Source: Candidatus Magasanikbacteria bacterium CG11_big_fil_rev_8_21_14_0_20_39_34
GTDB taxonomy: Bacteria; Patescibacteriota; Patescibacteriia; Magasanikbacterales; UBA922
Assembly (NCBI GenBank): GCA_002787355.1
Contig: PCWN01000011.1
Location: 121,101 to 185,009, forward strand
Reading direction: 5' to 3'
DNA: 63,909 bases
Shown: positions 16,438 to 25,603 of the stretch, piece after piece
Numbering within the stretch: the stretch's first letter is position 1
Layout of the letters: every line of letters begins with the position of its first letter
The notes under the pieces: generated by a model
Seen by the model: the letters and a program-made list of their open reading frames with translations, nothing else
Database searches by the model: none
Told to the model about the DNA's origin: nothing
Program-made: the position numbers and the translations under genes

Positions 16438-17589
16438 ATGAAACGTTGGGATAGAAAACTTTTTTCTTTTTATATCGCATTTTTTTTGCTTATTCTTTGT
16501 TTACCAATATTACAGAAAATTTTTGATATATTGCCAAAGCAAGAACTTAAAGGATATACCTATGAAAAAGAATTTATTTCATTAGGGATGCATTCATGGT
16601 GGTCTGGGAGTTTTCAAAAGAATTTCACAAACTGGTTTTCAGATTATATTGGGTTTCGTGGTTATATGGTGAAGCTTGATAATGAACTCAATTTACGCAT
16701 TTTTCGTGAAATATCTGCAAGTACACAGACAAAGATTGTGCTTGGGAAAGATCATCAGCTCTATGAAAAGGGATATATAGATGGGATCAACAATAAAGAT
16801 TGGGTAAGTAGCGGTTTTTTGCATGAGGAAGCAAAAAAAATTATTACGCTCCAGAATAAGTTGAAAGCACGTGGGATAACACTAGAAATTTTAATTGCCC
16901 CAAGCAAGGCTACAATATACCCAGAATTTATCCCAGAAAAATATACTCATATTTCTGAACATAAAAAAACAAATTATGATAGGATGATTACTTTTTTAGA
17001 GGATGAAGGTATACACGTTTTTGATGCAAATCGCTATTTTTTGGAAAGAAAAGAAAGTAATACGTATCCTTTTTTTACACGTTCAGGGACGCATTGGAAT
17101 TATTACGCGGCGTGTTTAGTATCAGAGGAGTTGCTTCAGCAAATTTCTGAATATTCCAATAAAAAATTAGGAAAAATAGTATGCGAGCCCGTAAGTGTTG
17201 ATAATATCGCGTATGGTACCGATAGGGACCTTTTGGATGTTATAAATATATGGAATCAGGGCCAATTTTTGAAGGATATACCTCATCCAACAATTAAATT
17301 TGTGAGTGGAGAAGATTCATTAGACAAAATTTTATGGGTGGGCGACAGTTTTAGTTGGACGGTATTGAGTATTTTTGAAAAAGCTGATGTTTATAAAAAA
17401 CGAAATATGTATTACTATTATAGTAGAGAATTCATTTTCCCAAGTGGTGAAGAAAAACGACTGGATAGAGAGAATATAGATTGGGATGAGGTATTTTCTC
17501 ATGAAGTCATTGTCATTGAGGCTACACAGACTGCAATGAATTCTATTGGGTTTGGTTTTGTAGATGCAGCTCTCAAACATTTAGAATAA
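16438..17589 (+). CDS. AlgJ/AlgX-like (SGNH-like) O-acetyltransferase partner protein
   Basis: N-terminal TM segment. RSGTHWN resembles the D/GxHW motif of the AlgJ/AlgX family. ATG overlaps the MBOAT stop in tgatATG, which suggests coupling. Confidence 0.65.
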   Translation: MKRWDRKLFSFYIAFFLLILCLPILQKIFDILPKQELKGYTYEKEFISLGMHSWWSGSFQKNFTNWFSDYIGFRGYMVKLDNELNLRIFREISASTQTKIVLGKDHQLYEKGYIDGINNKDWVSSGFLHEEAKKIITLQNKLKARGITLEILIAPSKATIYPEFIPEKYTHISEHKKTNYDRMITFLEDEGIHVFDANRYFLERKESNTYPFFTRSGTHWNYYAACLVSEELLQQISEYSNKKLGKIVCEPVSVDNIAYGTDRDLLDVINIWNQGQFLKDIPHPTIKFVSGEDSLDKILWVGDSFSWTVLSIFEKADVYKKRNMYYYYSREFIFPSGEEKRLDRENIDWDEVFSHEVIVIEATQTAMNSIGFGFVDAALKHLE

Positions 17590-17593
17590 ATGT

Positions 17594-18322
17594 ATGAATA
17601 CTTTTAGTTGTCTGATTATACCAGTATATAATGCGGAATCTCTTTTAGAGAGAACTTTTATTGAACTGAATAGTTATTTGCAATTCCGTAGTGATATAAA
17701 AGTTGTTTTTGTAGATGATGGGAGTACCGATAGAACATCACTATTCCTGAAGATGTATGCTGCATCGGCACTTTTTCCATTAGAAATTGTAAAAAATAGT
17801 GAAAACTTTGGAAAAGGGTATTCAATAAAAAAAGGATTGGGACTTTGTGCCCAGGCAGACTGTGTTGGCTTTACCGATGTAGATTTACCCTATGGCTTAA
17901 AAAAAATTGACGAAGCAATAGATCAGATAAAAGAATACCATTGGGATGCTGTAGTTGGGGATAGGACACAGATTCAGGGAGTGCGGCAATACTCATGGTA
18001 TAGAAAGCAATGTGCTCGATTTTTTAGATTTTTACTGCCATCAAAGATAAAAGAAATAGGTGACACTCAATGTGGTCTCAAATTCTTTCAAGTTTTTGTG
18101 GCCCAAGATGTTTTCTCACGGGTTCACACTAATCGTTGGGTATTTGATTTGGAGGTTTTATTATCATTGGTTGAAAAAAATTATCGTATCTACCAACTTC
18201 CTGTTTCAAGAATTTCATTGGAGTGGGGTGGAGGTGGGGTTTCCCTTTTTAAACACGGCATACAAATTTTGAAGGATTTATCTTCCATTTATTATCGAAT
18301 GTGGCGTGGTGATTTTAAGTAA
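17594..18322 (+). CDS. Family 2 glycosyltransferase (polyprenyl-phosphate sugar transferase-like)
   Basis: IIPVYNAE, VFVDDGSTDRT and FTDVDLPY (DxD region) indicate a GT-A fold. Confidence 0.8.
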   Translation: MNTFSCLIIPVYNAESLLERTFIELNSYLQFRSDIKVVFVDDGSTDRTSLFLKMYAASALFPLEIVKNSENFGKGYSIKKGLGLCAQADCVGFTDVDLPYGLKKIDEAIDQIKEYHWDAVVGDRTQIQGVRQYSWYRKQCARFFRFLLPSKIKEIGDTQCGLKFFQVFVAQDVFSRVHTNRWVFDLEVLLSLVEKNYRIYQLPVSRISLEWGGGGVSLFKHGIQILKDLSSIYYRMWRGDFK

Positions 18323-18328
18323 TACAAA

Positions 18329-19984
18329 ATGAAAAAGCTACTCTCTACAATTGAAAAGAAAGTTTTTTTCTTTTTTATCCTGCTTGGAATAAATCTTATT
18401 CTCTTTAGAGAAACGCTGCATATTGGTTTTTTGAGTGATGACTTTCATATGCTATCGGTAACGGCCCATCAGGAGGGAGTTTTGTCCTATTTTACACATA
18501 ATATTATTGGAACACGTCAGGGGAGTTCGTATGGACCACTGTGGAATGTACTTTTTTCTCTTGAATACCTTTTGTTTGGTCTCAAAGCTTTTTTTTACCA
18601 CTGTTTAAGTGTATTTTTTCATTCTACCATTGCATTTTTTGTTTTTTTGCTCGCCAAAAAATTTACACAAAAAGAGAAGATTGCTTTTGGGGCTGCAATA
18701 CTTTTTTCGGTATTCCCAGGGCATGTAGAGGCCATTTCTTGGATTTCTGTACAAGTACATCTATTGGCAAGCTTGCTATTTTTGCTTGCCTTATACTTTT
18801 ATGTTTGTTTTTTGGAAGAAAAAAAGGGTACCTACTATTTTATGTCGCTTCTTTTTTCTTTTGGTTCGCTCCTTACGAAGGAAATTGGGGTTACCTTTTT
18901 TTTAGCCATTTGCTTACTTGAATTATTTTATGTGGGATTTACACATTCAGGGAATCTTTTTGAAAGGATAGGTTCATTTTGTTTAAGGGCTTTGAAGAGA
19001 ATAATTTTGCCATTTGTCATTTTGGTAGCATATTTTATGTTGCGAATATATGCCACAGGGGTTTTTGCAGGTTCATATTCAAAATCTTCATTTTCGTTTA
19101 ATTTTTTTACATATTTTAAAACTTTTTTAGAAATTTCATTGAGCATATTTCTTCCTTTTCATTGGAGAAATGTTGCCGTTTCCTTTCTAACTTCGCATCT
19201 TTTTTTCTTTGGGGTAGGATTTGTTATTTTGGTTTTTGTCATACTTTTTTTAAAAAAATGGAGAAAGACACTTTTGCTTCTCCTTTCTTTATATGGAGTG
19301 ACCGCTCTTCCATATTTAGAACTTTCTCTTAATCCAGTGAATTATGAAGGAGAAAGATATGGGTATTTGGTTTCCGTCTGGATGGCTATCATTCTTGCCA
19401 CGTCTTTCTATGTTCTCTTGGAAAAATGGCAAAGAAGGCGTGTTGGTGTACAGATTTTTTGGTTGTGTATTTTTGCTATGAGCTTTTTTTTAGGAATTTT
19501 TTCTTATCAAAAAATTCCTTTGTGGAAGACTTCTGGAGAAATGGTCCAAAAGATTATCAAAAGCGGACAAACGCTTTCTATCCCAAAAGATACTTTTATC
19601 TATTTTATTGGAATGCCAGATAATATAGATGGGGCACAGGTTATGCGAAACGGAATATTTGAAGTATTAGAAATTTTTTCTGGTCAACATCTCCAGGGAA
19701 AAAGAGTAGGTATGTTTTCATATTTTTTAAAGGATACCATGAGTGATCCTTATATACGAGTACAAAATACCAAAATGGGGTATGTCCTTGAAAGTGATTC
19801 AAAATTATCATTTACGGGTTTTCCTGAACTTTCAGAAGAACATTTCCATTTTATTTTGAAGGACTTTACCATGCCGGGGTTTCTTGGATCTTCTATTGAA
19901 ATAGAGAGGATACAAAGCCAAGAAAGTCCTGAAATGGCGCGTTTCGTATATTTTAACGGGGAGGCCTTACAGGAAATTGAGTAA
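18329..19984 (+). CDS. Polytopic membrane protein, probable GT-C (ArnT/PMT-like) glycosyltransferase
   Basis: About 11 TM segments followed by a soluble C-terminal domain. An early extracytoplasmic acidic loop (LSDDFHML) is typical of GT-C enzymes. It lies adjacent to the GT2 gene. Confidence 0.5.
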   Translation: MKKLLSTIEKKVFFFFILLGINLILFRETLHIGFLSDDFHMLSVTAHQEGVLSYFTHNIIGTRQGSSYGPLWNVLFSLEYLLFGLKAFFYHCLSVFFHSTIAFFVFLLAKKFTQKEKIAFGAAILFSVFPGHVEAISWISVQVHLLASLLFLLALYFYVCFLEEKKGTYYFMSLLFSFGSLLTKEIGVTFFLAICLLELFYVGFTHSGNLFERIGSFCLRALKRIILPFVILVAYFMLRIYATGVFAGSYSKSSFSFNFFTYFKTFLEISLSIFLPFHWRNVAVSFLTSHLFFFGVGFVILVFVILFLKKWRKTLLLLLSLYGVTALPYLELSLNPVNYEGERYGYLVSVWMAIILATSFYVLLEKWQRRRVGVQIFWLCIFAMSFFLGIFSYQKIPLWKTSGEMVQKIIKSGQTLSIPKDTFIYFIGMPDNIDGAQVMRNGIFEVLEIFSGQHLQGKRVGMFSYFLKDTMSDPYIRVQNTKMGYVLESDSKLSFTGFPELSEEHFHFILKDFTMPGFLGSSIEIERIQSQESPEMARFVYFNGEALQEIE

Positions 19985-20009
19985 AAACCATATATGGGGT
20001 ACAATAGGG

Positions 20010-20732
20010 ATGTTTTCTATGAAAAAAGATCTTCAACTCGAACAATTTAGTGGCCCTCTTGATTTGCTTTTGAGTCTTATATCTGAAAATCAGTTGGATA
20101 TTTCTCAAATTGCCATTTCAAAGGTGACGGAACAGTATTTGGATTATTTGAGCCAGTTGGATGAATCAAAGGCTGAAGAATTAGCTGATTTTTTGGTTGT
20201 AGCCTCAAAACTTCTTCTCATGAAAGCAAGAAAGCTTATGCCTCAGTTTGCGCTTGCCGAGGAAGAAGGACCGAGTTTGGAAGACCAGCTTCGTTTGTAT
20301 AAACTTTTTGTTGACGCCAGCCGAAAAATAAATAGTCTCTGGGACCAGCCTCAGAGAGGTTTCTTTCGAGTAGAACCTCCAAGAAAGGCCGAAGGGTTTG
20401 TATGGCCTGAAAATGTTGATCCCCAAGCGATGAAGGAAACTTTTTTGCATCTGTTGTCTCGTTTGAAACCACCAAAGGACCTTCCTCAGGCATATATTGA
20501 TAAGGCCATTTCCATGAAGGAAAAAATTGATACGATCCGTAACTTACTCAAAAAAAGGAAGAAAGCATACTTTTTTGATGTACTTGATCAGGCACAGAAT
20601 AAAACCGAAATTATCGTAAGCTTCCTTGCAATTTTGGAATTAGTTAAACAGCGAACTGTGTTTTTAAGTCAAGATAGCACCTTTGGTGATATTGCCATGG
20701 AAGCGGTCCGTGACGAAAAGGAACTCATTTGA
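20010..20732 (+). CDS. scpA: Segregation and condensation protein A
   Basis: LEQFSGPLDLLLSLI..NQLDISQIAISKVTEQYL is the ScpA signature. The start may be 20010 or 20019. Confidence 0.85.
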   Translation: MFSMKKDLQLEQFSGPLDLLLSLISENQLDISQIAISKVTEQYLDYLSQLDESKAEELADFLVVASKLLLMKARKLMPQFALAEEEGPSLEDQLRLYKLFVDASRKINSLWDQPQRGFFRVEPPRKAEGFVWPENVDPQAMKETFLHLLSRLKPPKDLPQAYIDKAISMKEKIDTIRNLLKKRKKAYFFDVLDQAQNKTEIIVSFLAILELVKQRTVFLSQDSTFGDIAMEAVRDEKELI

Positions 20733-20758
20733 TATAATCATCTTACTTAATCTATTCT

Positions 20759-21298
20759 ATGGAAATTATTCCACGTATTGAATCTATCTTATTTGTTGCT
20801 TCCAAACCTTTGCGTACCGACAAAATAGCAAAGGCATTGGAAGTTTCGGTAGGAAAAGTTGAGGAGGCAATCAAAATATTGGAAATGAAATTTAATCGTG
20901 ATGATTCAGGCATTCATATTCTTTGTGTTGAAAATACGGTACAGATGTCCACTCATCCTGGTTGTGCAGATGTCATAGAAGGTTTTGTAAAAGATGAAAT
21001 AGCCGGAGAACTTACTCGTGCACAGCTTGAGACACTCACGGTTGTAGCATATAGAGGGCCCATTACTCGGCCTGAGTTAGAACAGATACGTGGGGTAAAT
21101 TGTTCAGTTATCTTACGTAATCTTATGATGCGGGGTCTTATAGATGAGCGTGAAGAAAAGGAGAGCTTGATGCCCGTCTATACCTTGACCGTAGAGGCAT
21201 TAGCACACCTTGGGGTAGAAAAGGCTGACTTATTGCCGGATTACAATACCTTAAAAAATCATGAATATATTGAAAATGTACTTCAGGAAGAATCTTAG
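20759..21298 (+). CDS. scpB: Segregation and condensation protein B
   Basis: [12 protein letters not shown]..., [29 protein letters not shown]. Confidence 0.85.
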   Translation: [179 protein letters not shown]

Positions 21299-21318
21299 AA
21301 TATTGTAATATTTTTTTC

Positions 21319-22422
21319 ATGGAACATGATAATAAAACATTGGCAGAAAAGTATGCATTGCCAGAACAAAAAAAACAGACTTCTTTTTTTGTAAAAAATT
21401 GGGATGACATTGTTGCAGCAGCATTGGTTTGTTTTACATTCCTTTTTGTATTTATCTTTTCGGGAGTATTCCCAACAAAGTGGAGCGAAACAAGACTGGT
21501 GAATGCAACACAAAAAATGAAACTTCCTGTTTTGGCATCATTTTTCTCGGGAGATCTTTCCCAAAAGAGTGGTGGGGATGTAAATGTATCTCCACCTGCA
21601 AAAATTATTGCACCATCTCCTCAATTTATTGGGGATGAAATGCTTGATCCCGAACAGTTTACCGCAAAGAGTATTTTTGTGCGTGATATTCGATCGGGGT
21701 CTGTCTTGTTTCAGAAAAATCCGTTTGAACAGCGCCCTATGGCAAGTATTACAAAGCTTATGAGTTCCTTGGTGATTTTGGAAAGAAATCCGGATTGGAC
21801 AGCAACAACTACGGTGGTCTCTGATGCTTTGATAGATAATCACATGTATGCTGGGGATACATATACAGAGGAGGAACTTTGGTATGCTTCTCTTGTGGGA
21901 TCTTCTAATAAAGCCATTTTTTCTCTTGCAGAAGCCGTTGGGATTTCCAGAGAATCCTTTGCAGATCGTATGAATCAAAAAGCTATGGAACTTGGGATGA
22001 GTCATACCAGTTTTGTAGAACCCACAGGACTAGACGAAGGGAATATTTCTACTGCGGCAGATATTGAAAAGCTTCTCTCTGCTGCACTGGATAAAAAAGA
22101 AATTCAAGATGCCGTTTTAACGCAAGAATTTACTTTATATTCAAATGAAAGAGAGAAGACACACCATATGTGGAATACCGATTGGCTTCTTTTGGGATGG
22201 ATTCCACATCACTTTGCTCACTTTTTAGGTGGAAAGACGGGATATATTGATGCCTCGCTTTATAATTTTACTATGCGGGCTGGAGACGAAAATGAAAATT
22301 ATATAGATGTGGTAGTACTTGGTGCCGATACTCATGAGGGAAGATTTACGGAGGCGCGAGATGTCGCAGAGTGGGTTTTCCAAAATTATAAATGGCCAGT
22401 TACCAGCAAAAAAACAGAATAA
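21319..22422 (+). CDS. D-alanyl-D-alanine carboxypeptidase (S11 serine peptidase, low-MW PBP)
   Basis: N-terminal TM segment. SxxK (ASITKLM), SxN (GSSNKA) and KTG (GGKTGYI) motifs occur in the correct order. Confidence 0.85.
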   Translation: MEHDNKTLAEKYALPEQKKQTSFFVKNWDDIVAAALVCFTFLFVFIFSGVFPTKWSETRLVNATQKMKLPVLASFFSGDLSQKSGGDVNVSPPAKIIAPSPQFIGDEMLDPEQFTAKSIFVRDIRSGSVLFQKNPFEQRPMASITKLMSSLVILERNPDWTATTTVVSDALIDNHMYAGDTYTEEELWYASLVGSSNKAIFSLAEAVGISRESFADRMNQKAMELGMSHTSFVEPTGLDEGNISTAADIEKLLSAALDKKEIQDAVLTQEFTLYSNEREKTHHMWNTDWLLLGWIPHHFAHFLGGKTGYIDASLYNFTMRAGDENENYIDVVVLGADTHEGRFTEARDVAEWVFQNYKWPVTSKKTE

Positions 22423-22425
22423 GTT

Positions 22426-22929
22426 ATGTTTCATATTAACCCTGTAGATTGGTTTTCTGGGCTTTCTCCAGAGTGGGCCGTTTTTTGGACTTCCATGATT
22501 CCTATTACGGAGATTCGTGCATCTATTCCATTGGGAATTGAGGTGTATGGTTTGCCCATTTGGAAAGTTTGGGTTATCTCCGTTTTGGGAGATATTTTGC
22601 CACCAATTTTTATTCTCATGTGTATACCATATTTTCATAAGTGGGCTGTGAATAAAAAATTTTTTGGTCCGGTACTTGCTAAACTCTTGGAAAGAGCAGA
22701 GAAAAAATTCTCTGGTAAGTTTGCAAAATATGGTGTGGTGGCTTTGGTTCTTTTTGTGGGAATACCGCTTCCTTTGACTGGTTCGTGGACTGGTTCACTT
22801 GCTGCTTTTGTATTCAATATTCCTTATAAAAAAGCTGTAAAACTTATTTTCTTTGGTGTTTGTCTTGCTGCTACCATTGTAACGCTTATTACCCTTTTTG
22901 CGAGTGAAGCTCTCCATTTTTTTCTTTAA
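22426..22929 (+). CDS. Small membrane protein of the 'small multidrug export' family (PF06695-like)
   Basis: IPITEIRASIPLGI... and four TM segments. Family assignment is from memory of the motif. Confidence 0.55.
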   Translation: MFHINPVDWFSGLSPEWAVFWTSMIPITEIRASIPLGIEVYGLPIWKVWVISVLGDILPPIFILMCIPYFHKWAVNKKFFGPVLAKLLERAEKKFSGKFAKYGVVALVLFVGIPLPLTGSWTGSLAAFVFNIPYKKAVKLIFFGVCLAATIVTLITLFASEALHFFL

Positions 22930-22950
22930 GAAAATATATTAAAAAAAAAG

Positions 22951-22980
22951 AAAAACAACCCGAGAAAAGGTTGTTTTTTT
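22951..22980. terminator. Bidirectional hairpin between the 22426 gene and the convergent tRNA-Leu genes
   Basis: aaacaacc / ggttgttt stem flanked by an A-run and a T-run. Confidence 0.7.
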
Positions 22981-22981
22981 G

Positions 22982-23065
22982 TACCGATGGTGGGACTTGA
23001 ACCCACACACTCTTGCGAGCACATGCACCTGAAGCATGCGTGTCTACCAGTTCCACCACATCGGC
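22982..23065 (-). tRNA. tRNA-Leu (anticodon CAG), type II with long variable arm
   Basis: Reverse complement is GCCGATG TG GTGGAACTGGTAGACAC G CATGC TTCAGGT GCATG ... GTGGG TTCAAGT CCCAC CATCGGT A. It folds by hand into a cloverleaf. No CCA is encoded. Confidence 0.9.
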
Positions 23066-23084
23066 AGAGGTGTATGGTTATCTG

Positions 23085-23168
23085 TGCCCAGAGAGGGAAT
23101 CGAACCCTCACGATGTTACCATCACGGGATTTTGAGTCCCGCGCGTCTACCAATTCCGCCATCTGGGC
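23085..23168 (-). tRNA. tRNA-Leu (anticodon CAA), type II
   Basis: Reverse complement is GCCCAGA TG GCGGAATTGGTAGACGC G CGGGA CTCAAAA TCCCG ... GAGGG TTCGATT CCCTC TCTGGGC A. Confidence 0.9.
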
Positions 23169-23201
23169 ATATTTGTGAAAACAGCAAAATTATATTCCTT
23201 T

Positions 23202-23230
23202 TTGATAAAATTGTCAATGTATTGTATAAT
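23202..23230 (+). promoter_or_regulatory. Sigma70-type promoter upstream of parA
   Basis: TTGATA, 17-nt spacer, TATAAT. Confidence 0.55.
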
Positions 23231-23319
23231 AGTCCACGAGGGAATGCATTTTTATAGATAGCTTTTTTGCTAAATATGAAGCATTTCAGGCATTCTGTTA
23301 TTTATTTTGATTTCTTTCC

Positions 23320-24084
23320 ATGTCGAAAATTATTGCTGTTGTCAACCAAAAAGGGGGAGTAGGAAAAACAACCACAGCTATGAATTTAGCTGCTTTTTTA
23401 GCAGATATGGGGAAAATGGTCTTATTGGTGGATATGGATCCACAAGGAAACGCAACCAGTGGACTTGGGTTTGATCGTAGAGAATTAGAGGCTGGACTCT
23501 ATGAAGCCCTTTCTTCAAAAAAGAGAATTCATGATGTTGTATTTAATACTGCCCATGATGGGTTACGTTTGGTTCCTGCCACCAAAAATTTAGCAGGGGC
23601 AAATGTTGAGTTAGTTTCTGAAGAGCAACGGGAATGGATACTGTTTAAATTGCTTCAAGAACTTCGTCATGCCTACGACTATATTATTATTGATTGTCCA
23701 CCATCTTTGGGGCTTTTGACGGTCAATGCATTGGTTGCATCAGATGAAGTGTTAATTCCTGTACAGGCTGAATATTATGCTTTGGAAGGTTTGGGACAGC
23801 TTTTGGAGACCATTGCTTTGGTTCAACAACACATAAAACCAGAACTGGAAATTTTGGGCGCCGTGATTACTATGTTTGACAAAAGAACACGATTATCTTC
23901 TGAAGTATTAGATGAACTTTATAAATATTTTCCGGATCAAATTTTTCGTTCTGTGATTCCAAGATCCGTTCGTTTAGCAGAGGCGCCGAGTTTTGGAAAA
24001 ACTATTTTGCACTATGAACCTCGAGGAAAAGCTTCCAAGGCGTATAGAAAACTTGCAGAGGAAATTTTAAGCAAACATAAATAG
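23320..24084 (+). CDS. parA: ParA/Soj chromosome partitioning ATPase
   Basis: Deviant Walker A in VVNQKGGVGKTTT; DCPPSLG; typical length. Confidence 0.9.
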   Translation: MSKIIAVVNQKGGVGKTTTAMNLAAFLADMGKMVLLVDMDPQGNATSGLGFDRRELEAGLYEALSSKKRIHDVVFNTAHDGLRLVPATKNLAGANVELVSEEQREWILFKLLQELRHAYDYIIIDCPPSLGLLTVNALVASDEVLIPVQAEYYALEGLGQLLETIALVQQHIKPELEILGAVITMFDKRTRLSSEVLDELYKYFPDQIFRSVIPRSVRLAEAPSFGKTILHYEPRGKASKAYRKLAEEILSKHK

Positions 24085-24112
24085 CATATTCATAAATCGT
24101 CAATTTTATTCT

Positions 24113-24976
24113 ATGGCATTAGGCAAAGGGCTTGGGTCTCTTATCCCACAAGACAACAAGAAGGAAAAAAATACAAAATCAGTCGTAAAAAAACCTTCTG
24201 ACGATGGTCAAAAAATTTGGCACATTCCATTATCTGAGATAGTGCCCAATACAGAACAACCAAGAAAAGATTTTTCCCATACCGCTATGGAAGACTTAGT
24301 GGCCTCTATAAAACAATATGGGATTCTTCAGCCGGTTACGGTAACAGAGCGAAACGATGGGGGATATGAGCTGATTGCTGGTGAGCGTCGGTTTCGAGCA
24401 AGCCAGATTGCAGGGCTTGCTACGGTTCCCGCATTGGTGCGTTCTGCCACAGAACAAGAAAAATTGGAGCTTGCTTTGATTGAAAATATTCAAAGACAGG
24501 ATTTGAATCCCATTGAAGAGGCATTTTCTTTCAAACGGCTTATGGATGAGTTTGGAGTCAAGCAAGATGAAATTGCCAAACGTGTTGGAAAAAGCCGGCC
24601 TCAAATTTCCAATACGGTTCGACTTTTAGAACTTCCCGATGAAATACAGCAGGCACTCATGGATGGGAACCTTTCTGCATCAAAAGCACGTACACTCCTT
24701 ACACTCAAAGATGCTCATGAACAGCTTGAGATGTTTCGGAGTATGATGGGACAGGGTATTACTGTTCGAGAGCTTGAGCAGCAAGTTGCTACAAAAGATT
24801 CTCGTTCAAAAAAAGGGTCAAAACGTCGTGATCCAAATATTTTGGCACAAGAACAGTTATTGGAAGAGCGATTTGGAACAAAAGTGCGAATTAGTAAAAA
24901 AGGAGAAAAGGGCAGCATTATCTTTGAATATCATTCTCTGGAGGAGCTGAAAAGGCTTCTTGGAGAGTTTTACTAA
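24113..24976 (+). CDS. parB: ParB/Spo0J partition protein
   Basis: NTEQPRKDF, ILQPVTV..YELIAGERRFRA (ParB box), an HTH region, and a C-terminal dimerisation tail. Confidence 0.9.
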   Translation: MALGKGLGSLIPQDNKKEKNTKSVVKKPSDDGQKIWHIPLSEIVPNTEQPRKDFSHTAMEDLVASIKQYGILQPVTVTERNDGGYELIAGERRFRASQIAGLATVPALVRSATEQEKLELALIENIQRQDLNPIEEAFSFKRLMDEFGVKQDEIAKRVGKSRPQISNTVRLLELPDEIQQALMDGNLSASKARTLLTLKDAHEQLEMFRSMMGQGITVRELEQQVATKDSRSKKGSKRRDPNILAQEQLLEERFGTKVRISKKGEKGSIIFEYHSLEELKRLLGEFY

Positions 24977-24977
24977 T

Positions 24978-25460
24978 ATGATGGAAGGAAAGGGTCATGA
25001 AATGCAATTATCTGCATTGAAGGACTTTAAAAAAAATGTGCCGCACCTTACCGAGGTGGGAGGAAAGACCTACAATGTTGATTTGCTTGAACAAAGTGCA
25101 ACAGAATTAAAACCAGAATATTTTGATCTTCAAAATAGAGATGCTTTAGAAGATATTCTTGAGAGCAAATATTGGAAAGATGAAAATGGAAATTTTCTTG
25201 GTCCAAGCGATGTGATTCGTGTGTTTAATGATTGTGGTCATGATTGGGAGCAAGTCCTACAGAGGAAGCCAGAATGGCGTCTACACATAGAAAAAATACG
25301 GAATGTCCCATTGAATTTACCAGCTTTGGTATATCAAGGTGTGCTTATTGATGGTATTCACAGGTTTACACGTGCTTTGTGTGAGGGACATGCATCTCTT
25401 CTTGTGAAAGTTCTTCCGGAGCTTCCAAGTAATGCCGTGTATGTGAGTGAAGAATCATAA
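24978..25460 (+). CDS. Small ParB-N/sulfiredoxin-fold-like protein (hypothetical)
   Basis: LPALVYQGVLIDGIHRFTRAL resembles the (I/L)xDGxHR core of ParB-like nuclease domains. ATG lies 1 nt after the parB stop. Confidence 0.45.
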   Translation: MMEGKGHEMQLSALKDFKKNVPHLTEVGGKTYNVDLLEQSATELKPEYFDLQNRDALEDILESKYWKDENGNFLGPSDVIRVFNDCGHDWEQVLQRKPEWRLHIEKIRNVPLNLPALVYQGVLIDGIHRFTRALCEGHASLLVKVLPELPSNAVYVSEES

Positions 25461-25504
25461 GACGGTTTTCTTCTTCAAAAATTTTATTTTTTGTCCAAAT
25501 CTAT

Positions 25505-25524
25505 CCGCCAAAAGGCGGTTTTTT
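25505..25524 (+). terminator. Intrinsic terminator after the parAB cluster
   Basis: ccgcc aaaa ggcgg followed by tttttt. Confidence 0.7.
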
Positions 25525-25603
25525 GTCCATTTGATTCAATCTGTGAAATCCGCTATTATAGAGGCATTGTGCTTTAGCTATAATAGAAGGAAGGTCTTTC
25601 TTT

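Noticed and set aside
22926-23257. Small ORFs overlapping 22926-23257 on both strands
   Set aside because: They overlap the two tRNA-Leu genes, whose cloverleaves are unambiguous.
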